Assembly (NCBI GenBank): GCA_964525635.1
Contig: CAZGJX010000094.1
Coordinates: forward strand, 1-16,223
Length of the DNA: 16,223 nucleotides
Direction of reading: 5' to 3'
Source of the DNA: an uncultured archaeon
Lineage (GTDB): Archaea; Asgardarchaeota; Lokiarchaeia; Sigyniarchaeales; SOKP01
Shown here: one piece after another, positions 9,058-16,223 of the stretch
Position numbering within the stretch: the first letter of the stretch is position 1
How the letters are laid out: the number at the start of each line of letters is the position of its first letter
Notes under the pieces: model-generated
What the model saw: the letters and a program-made list of their open reading frames with translations, nothing else
Told to the model about the DNA's origin: nothing
Databases searched by the model: none
Position numbers and translations under genes: made by a program

Positions 9058-9265
9058 GGAGGGATTACCGAGAAAAGCAATTATATAAATTTTTTTCGGG
9101 ATCCTGGTCAAATTTAGACTTGAACAGTAGAATAAGGCCAAAGGTCGCTTAAAAAAGGGTCAAGACCGATTAAAGGTGCTGGACTTAAGATCCAGTGGCG
9201 AAGGCCTTCGTGGGTTCAAAAAAGTTCTGAGAAATCCTCATTCTTGGAGAATCCCACTCCCTCCA
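9058..9265 (+). tRNA. tRNA-Leu(TAA): tRNA-Leu(UAA) with three introns; exons 9058-9072, 9103-9111, 9174-9220, 9252-9265 (85 nt mature, CCA not encoded)
   Basis: Acceptor GGAGGGA/TCCCTCC (7/7 pairs) with discriminator A. D-arm ACCG-AG|CCTGGTCAA|A-GGT. Anticodon arm CTGGA-CT-TAA-GA-TCCAG (TAA at 9186-9188). Long variable arm GGCGAAGGCC. T-arm GTGGG-TTCAAA|T-CCCAC. Each insert has BHB-like geometry. Confidence 0.9.
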
Positions 9266-9558
9266 TATTTTTCTCATTAGTAAATGATCATTCTATTACT
9301 TTACAAATTCATTTAATAGTAATTATTATTTTTTACTATAAAAATTAACAACTTTTTCCTTTAAATTTATAAAATATTTATTGTATCAATTAAACGTATT
9401 GTTAAGTAAACAGATAACTTTAAAAGTGGAAATTATATAGTTCATATAAGACTAAGAATATAAATTTTTGATTAATAAAAAAAAAAACAACATTTATTAT
9501 TAAAATAATTAATAAATTAGATTTTTTATTTAGGAATATAAAAAAGTTGAGTTAAAAT

Positions 9559-9720
9559 ATGACTATTAATTTTAATCCTGAGACTCACTTATTACCTTGT
9601 CCATTTTCTATAAGTTGTATTTTGCCAAAAAATGGAGATATTTGTAAATTTCCAAATTATAAGGAGTGCTGTGAGTATCAAATTAAAGCAAAAAAGATAA
9701 AAACTTATCCTATATATTAA
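9559..9720 (+). CDS. 53-aa Cys-rich microprotein (C-x5-C-x8-C-x7-C), not in the ORF track
   Basis: Translation MTINFNPETHLLPCPFSISCILPKNGDICKFPNYKECCEYQIKAKKIKTYPIY*. Clear paralog of the next ORF. Confidence 0.78.
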   Translation: MTINFNPETHLLPCPFSISCILPKNGDICKFPNYKECCEYQIKAKKIKTYPIY

Positions 9721-9933
9721 ATAATCTTAACAAAATCAATTTTATTTATGATTTTTAAATTTTGTTATTATATATAGAAATGAATGATTAATTATTAAAG
9801 ATACAAATAACTTTCAAATACAAGAATACTAAATTTTATAGAATATGTTTTAATTAAATTGTAATTTATTAAATATTCTCTTTTTTAAATGAAAATTAAA
9901 ATATTTAATCATTATGATAAATTTGGTGATTTT

Positions 9934-10083
9934 ATGACAGTTAATTATAAGAGGAACAACATACTTTTATGCCCATTTTTAGGAAGTTGTATCTTACCTC
10001 AATTGGAAACTATATGTCGATATCCTGAATGTAAAATCTGTTCAGAATATCAATCAAAAGAAAAATTTATAAATAAACGATAA
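9934..10083 (+). CDS. 49-aa Cys-rich microprotein, paralog of 9559-9720
   Basis: MTVNYKRNNILLCPFLGSCILPQLETICRYPECKICSEYQSKEKFINKR*. GGTGA SD at 9925-9929 and the MT[IV]N alignment support ATG 9934 over 9889. Confidence 0.8.
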   Translation: MTVNYKRNNILLCPFLGSCILPQLETICRYPECKICSEYQSKEKFINKR

Positions 10084-10279
10084 AAAAGATAACACATAGA
10101 AATCTCTGTTTTTAAAATGAAAAATTTTTTAGAAAAAGAAAATTTTTTCAATAAATTAAAGATTAGACCTATTTCTGTTTAAATATGCCTAAATTTATCA
10201 AATTGATTATAGTTTGAATTTTTTATTTCATTTATGTTAAATTATTAATTATTTTAGAGCAAAACCTAATTATTTTTAG

Positions 10280-10320
10280 TTTTCCTACTTCTCCTATGAG
10301 GAATAGGAAAAGTTTAAATA
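10280..10320 (+). promoter_or_regulatory. Palindromic putative operator abutting the BRE/TATA box of the cellulase gene
   Basis: TTTTCCTA (10280-10287), a 16-nt partly symmetric spacer, TAGGAAAA (10304-10311), then TTTAAATA (10313-10320). Confidence 0.55.
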
Positions 10321-10383
10321 TTTATTATCCATAGACATATTTAACAAATTTTCTTTTTTTCTTTGAAATACTTACAAAAAATC

Positions 10384-10401
10384 AGATCTCTCGTGAGATC
10401 T
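10384..10401. promoter_or_regulatory. Perfect inverted repeat AGATCTC-tcgt-GAGATCT in the cellulase leader
   Basis: 7-bp arms with a 4-nt spacer, about 40 nt before ATG 10441. Confidence 0.4.
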
Positions 10402-10440
10402 AAAGACATTTTTATAGAAATAATAAAAAAGTGTAAAATT

Positions 10441-13005
10441 ATGTCAAAAAATAAAACAAAAAACCTATATAGAATTCTAAGTATTAGTCTCCTACTTTTT
10501 GTTCCATTGATTTTTGGTTTTTCAAATAGATTTATCAATATTAATTCAACCAATACTAATATTCCAATCATATCTGCTGTTGCACCACCTCCTCCCTTTC
10601 TTCGAGGACTGAATTTTGGCAATACATTAGATGCACCAAATGAAGGAGATTGGGGGATTGTTATGCAAGAAGAACATTTCGATCTTGCCAAAGAAGCTGG
10701 TTTTGAATGTATTCGGATTCCCGTTAGATTTTCTACTCATGCAGAAGATACAGCTCCATATACAATTGATCCTGTTTTTATGGAAAGAGTAGCTTGGGCA
10801 GTTGATAATGCTTTATCTAGAGATATGATCGCAATCGTGGATATGCATCATTATGAAGAAATTCATACAAATCTTGCTGGACATAGGGATAGATATCTTG
10901 GAATGTGGGTACAAATTGCAGAATATTTTCAAGATTATCCTGATGATCTTTATCTTGAATTTTTAAATGAACCATATGGTGATATTGATATTGGTGTATG
11001 GAATGAATTAGTTCAAGAAACATATGATATATGTAGAGCAACGAATCCAACAAGAACACTAGTAATCGGAGGTCAGGCTGATAATATATTTCAAATGGAA
11101 TATTTAGAACTTCCTGATCCTAATGATAGAAACATTCTTACCACCTTTCATTTTTATACTCCATGGCAATTTGCTATCACTGGAGATATAGATTGGTATG
11201 GTACTGATGAAGAAAAGGCCGTAATTGAATCTGAGTTGGATTTTGCGGCTCAATGGGCTGCCGATCATAATTTACCAGTATTAATGGGTGAGTTCGGATC
11301 GAATCCATTAAATGAAATGGATCAAAGAACGAATTGGGGTAATTTTGTTAGAGAAGCTGCTGAAGCTAGAAATATCTGTTGGACTTATTGGCATTTTCAA
11401 GAATTATATGACCTTGAAGCAGAGGCATGGCATCAAGAACTATTGGATGTACTAGTTCCTGAACCTCCTTCACCTCCTCCTAGCACGCCAACGGGTTTAA
11501 CTGCAGATGCTTTAAGTCCGACCAAGATAGATTTGAATTGGAATGATAATCCAGAATCATCAGTTACAAGATATAATATTTATCGTAGTACTACAAGTGG
11601 ATTTACACCAGATCAAAATAATCTCATAGATGAAGCAGAGACTAGTGATTATTTAGATATTGGACTTAATCCAGATACAATATATTATTATAGAGTGACT
11701 GCGGTAGATGCCTATCGACAAGAAAGTGATCCTTCAAGTATAGTAAGTGATACAACACTTTCACCAGATTCTAATCCCCCAGCAACGCCTACAGGTCTTT
11801 CGACTACTGCAACCAGTTATAATCAAATTGATCTTAATTGGAATGATAATTCTGAATTAGACTTACTAAAATATAGAATCTATCGAAGTACTTCAAGTGG
11901 ATTCACACCTGATAACAATAATTTAATATCAGAAACATTATCTAGTGAATTTATTGATTGGAATCTGAATTCTGAAACCACCTATTATTATAGAGTTAGT
12001 GCTGTTGACGATAGTAATAATGAAAGTCCAGCAACATCTCAACAAAGTGCAACAACTCTCGTAAGACCTGCGGCAAATATAAGAGTACAATATAGGTGTG
12101 GAGATACAAATGATGAAACTGCTCAAGTTAGACCATATATAAATATATACAATGATGATGCTGAAGATCTGCTATTTTCAGATATTACTGTAAGATATTG
12201 GTTTGATTCAGAACATCATTACAGTAATATTCTCAATGAAATTGATTACGCTGTTGTTGGATCAACTAATATCCAATCAACTTTTGGATCAGAGGGAGAT
12301 TATGACTATCTTGAAATTGGATTCGATTCTTCTTTAGGAACTGTTTATTCAGGATCAAATACAGGTGAAATCCAAAATCGATTTCATACATCGGATTGGC
12401 TATTATTTGACCAAACCAATGATTATTCATTTGATCCTTCGAAAACTAGCTATGCAGATTGGGAAAGAGTAACTGCCTATTATCAAGGTGCAATAGTCTG
12501 GGGTATAGAACCCTCTGGAGAGGATTTAACTCCACCAACCATCACAAGTCCAAATGATATTAATTACATTGAAGGAGATACTGGAAATAGTATTAGTTGG
12601 ACAGCAAATGATATGAATCCAGCAACTTATACAATAACGATAGATGGTACTCAAGTTCAGAGTGGATCATGGAATTCTGGTGTACCAATTAATATTAATG
12701 TTGATGGATTAAACTTAGGTAGCTATACATATATAATAGTAGTCTCTGATCAATCTGGACTCACAACAACAGACAGTGTAATTGTTACAGTATCCCAAAG
12801 TGCTGAATTCCAAAATGGTGATGTGAATCATGATGGTAATGTTGATATCATTGATGCTCTTATGATTGCTCAATATTATGTTGGTCTTGATCCTCAACCA
12901 TTTTATCCCGAAGAAGCAAACGTGGATGATAGTGGAGCTATTGATATTGTTGATGCATTAATGGTTGCCCAAGCATATGTGGGCCTAATTGAACTACCTT
13001 CCTAA
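10441..13005 (+). CDS. Secreted modular endoglucanase: GH5 (Thermotoga Cel5A-like), 2x FN3, CBM3, Ig-like, dockerin
   Basis: Signal peptide. GH5 ~10600-11460: RGLNFGNTLDAPNEGDWG, RIPVR, DMHHY, NEP acid/base Glu at 10969, HFY, GEFG nucleophile Glu at 11290. FN3 repeats start at 11476 and 11776. CBM3 ~12076-12513 (VQYR..TVRYWF..EIQNR..QTNDYSF..VWGIEP). Ig-like 12523-12795. Dockerin 12817-13002 (GDVNHDGNVDIIDA..ANVDDSGAIDIVDA). ATG 10441 is preferred to TTG 10363. Confidence 0.93.
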   Translation: MSKNKTKNLYRILSISLLLFVPLIFGFSNRFININSTNTNIPIISAVAPPPPFLRGLNFGNTLDAPNEGDWGIVMQEEHFDLAKEAGFECIRIPVRFSTHAEDTAPYTIDPVFMERVAWAVDNALSRDMIAIVDMHHYEEIHTNLAGHRDRYLGMWVQIAEYFQDYPDDLYLEFLNEPYGDIDIGVWNELVQETYDICRATNPTRTLVIGGQADNIFQMEYLELPDPNDRNILTTFHFYTPWQFAITGDIDWYGTDEEKAVIESELDFAAQWAADHNLPVLMGEFGSNPLNEMDQRTNWGNFVREAAEARNICWTYWHFQELYDLEAEAWHQELLDVLVPEPPSPPPSTPTGLTADALSPTKIDLNWNDNPESSVTRYNIYRSTTSGFTPDQNNLIDEAETSDYLDIGLNPDTIYYYRVTAVDAYRQESDPSSIVSDTTLSPDSNPPATPTGLSTTATSYNQIDLNWNDNSELDLLKYRIYRSTSSGFTPDNNNLISETLSSEFIDWNLNSETTYYYRVSAVDDSNNESPATSQQSATTLVRPAANIRVQYRCGDTNDETAQVRPYINIYNDDAEDLLFSDITVRYWFDSEHHYSNILNEIDYAVVGSTNIQSTFGSEGDYDYLEIGFDSSLGTVYSGSNTGEIQNRFHTSDWLLFDQTNDYSFDPSKTSYADWERVTAYYQGAIVWGIEPSGEDLTPPTITSPNDINYIEGDTGNSISWTANDMNPATYTITIDGTQVQSGSWNSGVPININVDGLNLGSYTYIIVVSDQSGLTTTDSVIVTVSQSAEFQNGDVNHDGNVDIIDALMIAQYYVGLDPQPFYPEEANVDDSGAIDIVDALMVAQAYVGLIELPS

Positions 13006-13039
13006 ATTGATTGTCGAAAAAATAAAAAACTCTAAAATA

Positions 13040-13072
13040 GCATTATTATTATTTTTTTTTTATATTTTATTT
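13040..13072 (+). terminator. Oligo-T terminator after the cellulase gene
   Basis: Run of about 10 T at 13052-13061. Confidence 0.45.
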
Positions 13073-13169
13073 CAACAAATTATTTAAATATTCGTAAAAA
13101 GATATATTATCTAATATCCAATAAAAATCAATATAATGAATAATAGAACTAAATATAAAGGTTTAAAAT

Positions 13170-13730
13170 ATGAAATGTCCTAATTGTGGTATAGAATTAT
13201 ATGACATAAATAAAAAGTATTGTCCTGATTGTGGTAGTGAAATTAATCTCTCTTCTAGCTCTCAATTTATAGACAAATCGGAAGAAAAAAAGATATCAGA
13301 ATTTAATAATCTTATTGAAAGTTATGCTAGAGAAGGAGAGGACATTCAGGATATATCTCCAAAAGATTTTCCATTTTCAGTAAAAGCTAGAAATTTAGCA
13401 ATTTATGCATTTATTTTACCATTGGTTTCAGCTGTTTTTTATGTTATCAATCTACTTCAATCAGCAATTTATATTAATGCGGTTTCTACAAATTCAACTT
13501 TTAAAATTTTTCCTATTACATTATTTATTGCAATAGGTTGTCATATTCTTGCAATAATTTGTTTCTATATATCTTTTAAGTATTTAATAAAAGCACAAAA
13601 ATGTGAAAAGAAAAATCGGTATGAAAAAAAAGCAAGTGTTATGATATGGACTGCACTTTCAAATATTATAGGAGGTTTTATAGGTGTGGGTATAATGTAT
13701 GTTTTGTTCGTAATAATATATTTAAATTAA
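13170..13730 (+). CDS. Zinc-ribbon + 3-TM membrane protein, copy A
   Basis: CPNC-x11-CPDC, charged linker, three hydrophobic helices, family motifs FKIFP, H in TM2, KAQ..E.KN.YE. Confidence 0.85.
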   Translation: MKCPNCGIELYDINKKYCPDCGSEINLSSSSQFIDKSEEKKISEFNNLIESYAREGEDIQDISPKDFPFSVKARNLAIYAFILPLVSAVFYVINLLQSAIYINAVSTNSTFKIFPITLFIAIGCHILAIICFYISFKYLIKAQKCEKKNRYEKKASVMIWTALSNIIGGFIGVGIMYVLFVIIYLN

Positions 13731-13849
13731 AATAAAATAGGTTTTTCTCATATAATTTTCAAAATATTTAAATAGATATAAGAATATATGAATATATATA
13801 TATATCTCAAATAAATCATAAAAATAAAAAATCAGAAAGTGATAAATTT

Positions 13850-14440
13850 ATGAAATGTCCATATTGTAAGGCACAATTATTTAAACCAGATCAAGAATTT
13901 TGTCATAATTGTAAAAATAAAATCAAAATATCCAATATCCTTAAACAAACAATAGAAAACACTGAACAAATTAAACAAACTAAAGAATTAAAAGATTTAA
14001 GAACATTCGAAGATTTTGTAGAATTTCATGATAAAAAAAAGTCAAAAATTCCATATTCAATAAAATGCGCAAGATTTGCTTTTCTCGCAAACTTATTACC
14101 CTATATTGCAATAATTTTCTATAGCATTGGTGTAATGCTATCACAAAATAGCATTGAAGAAATTCCTGATGGTAAAATATTTAAGATATTCCCTGTTCCA
14201 TGCATTATTGCTGGTGTATCCCATATAGCGGGAGTTCTCTCTGGATTTCTATCTTTAGGATATCAATCAAAAGCACAATATAAACTTGAACCAAGAAATA
14301 TATATGAGAGAGCAGGAGGTGTTTTTGCATGGATTGGTCTTTTAGGTTCATTAATGGCTCTTATAATTCTCATAACGCTGAATGTTTTCTTTAATATAGT
14401 GATTAATAGAGGAGGAGAAATAACAATCATATTTGGTTAA
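13850..14440 (+). CDS. Zinc-ribbon + 3-TM membrane protein, copy B
   Basis: CPYC-x11-CHNC, FKIFPVP, HIAG, KAQ..EPRNIYERAG..WIGLLG. Confidence 0.85.
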   Translation: MKCPYCKAQLFKPDQEFCHNCKNKIKISNILKQTIENTEQIKQTKELKDLRTFEDFVEFHDKKKSKIPYSIKCARFAFLANLLPYIAIIFYSIGVMLSQNSIEEIPDGKIFKIFPVPCIIAGVSHIAGVLSGFLSLGYQSKAQYKLEPRNIYERAGGVFAWIGLLGSLMALIILITLNVFFNIVINRGGEITIIFG

Positions 14441-14492
14441 TTTTATAATTGAATGAAGAATTATAAATTTTCTCACCCATTTTCGTTTATAT

Positions 14493-14723
14493 AATCCTTC
14501 TACCCACTTTTTTTTATCTTTTCCTTGTTCTTTAACGCATGCGAATATGTTGGGTAGATTTTATTTCTTTGTTTTTATATTAGTAATATAAGTTAAATAT
14601 GGAATTATGGGAATGAAAAATTTATATGAGAAAATTGGAGATATAATTTCCTGATTTGATCTTTTCACTTGCGTACTAATTCTTATTAGAGGCGGAGTGC
14701 TGAATGTTTATTTAAATAGATAG
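14493..14723 (+). pseudogene. Degenerate C-terminal remnant of a further zinc-ribbon/TM paralog
   Basis: One frame reads ..FPCSL..*..KNLYEKIGDIIS*FDLFTCVLILIRGGVLNVYLNR*. It aligns without gaps to KNRYERAASVLVWIGLLGSLTITAAVGVLN, with TGA at the conserved Trp. Confidence 0.62.
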
Positions 14724-14848
14724 AAAGAAAATTTCAAAATTATTTTATTCAGTGTGTATGGTTTTTTCCAAAATATTTAAATACATAGAAGAATATATAG
14801 TTATATAAATCCAATAAAAAAATAATAATATATAATAGAGGGTAATCT

Positions 14849-15409
14849 ATGTATTGTCCTAAATGTGGTGAAAAATTATATGACAAATATCAAAAGTATT
14901 GTCATAATTGTAGTAGTGAAATTGATCTCTCTTCTAACTCTCAACCTAAAAATGAAGTTTCAGAATTATTTGATCGTATTGAAGATTAAAATTATGATAA
15001 GGATAAAACTGAGAGTATAGAACCTAAAATGAATTCTATCGAATTTTCAATAAAAGCTAGGACCTATGCATTTTTAGCGTTTTTTTTACCATTGATTGCA
15101 GAAGGTTTTTATCTTTTTAGCTTCTTTCAATCAGTATTTAGTATTGATACAAGTTCTACAAATCCAACTTTTAAGATATTTCCTGGTTCATTGTCAATCG
15201 CTATAGTTATTCATATTATTGCAATTCTTTCTGGATTTTTATCTTTAAAATATATTAATAAAGCACAAAAATGGGAAAGAAAAAATAGGTATGAAAGAGC
15301 TGCAAGTGTATTAGTATGGATTGGACTGTTAGGTTCCTTAACAATTACAGCAGCTGTTGGCGTATTAAACATGGTTTTCCATACTCAATTAGTCCAAATA
15401 GGAATTTAA
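14849..15409 (+). pseudogene. Copy A': zinc-ribbon/3-TM paralog broken by one in-frame TAA (14987-14989)
   Basis: MYCPKCGEKLYDKYQKYCHNC..RIED*NYDK.. continues in frame into ORF 15029-15409. Total length is 561 nt, the same as copy A. GAGGGT SD-like element upstream. Confidence 0.82.
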
Positions 15410-15529
15410 AATTAATATCATTTCAAATGTAATTTTTTTTATATTAATTATTTTAAATATAGGTCTGAGTATATAATTAAATAGAATTCAATAAATTATA
15501 AGAATAATATATAAGAAAGTAATAAAATT

Positions 15530-16163
15530 ATGAAATGTCCATATTGTAAGGCATAATTATTTAAACCAGATCAAGAATTTTGTCATAATTGTAAAAATGA
15601 AATCAAAATATCCAATAACCTCAAACATACAATAAATAATACGCAACTAGAAATAAAAAGTTCTCAAAAGACTGAAAAAATAAAAGAATTAAGAACATTT
15701 GAAGATTTTAATGAATATTATGATAGGGAGCCGAAAAAGAAAAAAAATCATAATTTAAAATATCGATATTCAATAGATAGTGAAACTTTTGCTACTCAAG
15801 TATTTTATATTTTTCTTTTTGTTGAAATTATTGCCTGTATTATTAGTCTTATATTATTAATAAGCAGTATTTAAGTTAATTCTGAGGGTAATTTATTTAA
15901 AATTCTTGCTGTTCCCTGCATTAACGCTGTCGTCTCTCATGTAGTTGGAATCATTTCTGGACATATATCTTTAGGCTATAAATCAAAAATACAAGAAATA
16001 TTTGAATCTATAAAAATATATGAAAGAGCAGGAGGAGTTCCCTCATGAATTGGTCTTTTAGGAGCATTAGTAGCGCTTTTTTTTGTTATAATACTGGGTT
16101 GGTTTTTTTAATTTTATAACTCGTTATTCTGGAGAAATATAGATGATCTTCGATTATTTTTAA
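15530..16163 (+). pseudogene. Copy B': pseudogene paralog of 13850-14440
   Basis: First ~85 nt nearly identical to copy B. Stops at 15554 (CAA>TAA), 15872 (TAA) and 16046 (TGG>TGA). Apparent +1 slip in the T-run near 16109, after which N...SGEI homology resumes. Confidence 0.88.
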
Positions 16164-16223
16164 TAAACCTTGACTTTCAAAGATAGGATATAGTTAATTT
16201 TTATTTTTATTTTTAAATAAAAT

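Noticed and set aside
9559-10083. RiPP precursor peptides
   Set aside because: No radical SAM, YcaO, peptidase or transporter gene nearby, and no leader/core structure.
9889-10440. ORF-track starts at 9889 and 10363
   Set aside because: The SD and paralog alignment favour 9934. Signal-peptide position favours 10441.
10341-12897. Minus-strand ORFs 10341-10691, 10817-11059, 11938-12126 and 12715-12897
   Set aside because: Shadow ORFs opposite the cellulase.
14493-16163. Stop-codon recoding (TGA at the conserved Trp in two copies, plus in-frame stops)
   Set aside because: TAA, TGA and TAG all interrupt these copies. The Trp-rich intact genes are open using TGG alone, and TGA terminates the 627-aa gene. 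The pattern fits AT-biased decay.
13170-16163. Diversity-generating retroelement or CRISPR array
   Set aside because: No reverse transcriptase, no adenine-specific TR/VR pair and no short regularly spaced repeats. These are gene duplications.
9240-16223. Genomic island integrated at the tRNA 3' end
   Set aside because: No integrase and no duplicate of the tRNA 3' end seen in the window. It cannot be excluded beyond the window edge.

Overview
AT-rich archaeal window, most likely from an Asgard archaeon (Lokiarchaeia/Promethearchaeota). The assignment is inferred from a tRNA with bulge-helix-bulge (BHB) introns and no encoded CCA, a stand-alone longin/uDENN-like gene, a Loki-CTERM-like sorting tail, and TATA/oligo-T signals. 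The left part holds a membrane-anchored 7-blade beta-propeller with 3 Ig-like domains, a DUF4062 pseudogene, a COG1237 metallo-beta-lactamase-fold gene, MGMT, a coiled-coil/wHTH protein, the longin-like protein and a 627-aa protein with a charged helical tail. At 9058-9265 is a tRNA-Leu(UAA) split into four exons by three non-canonical introns; the middle intron contains several further BHB-like motifs. To the right are two paralogous Cys4 microproteins (one below the ORF-track cutoff) and a secreted GH5-FN3-FN3-CBM3-Ig-dockerin cellulase with a palindrome over its promoter. The window ends with a five-copy array of zinc-ribbon/3-TM membrane genes (2 intact, 3 decayed). All calls are by eye; no searches were run.
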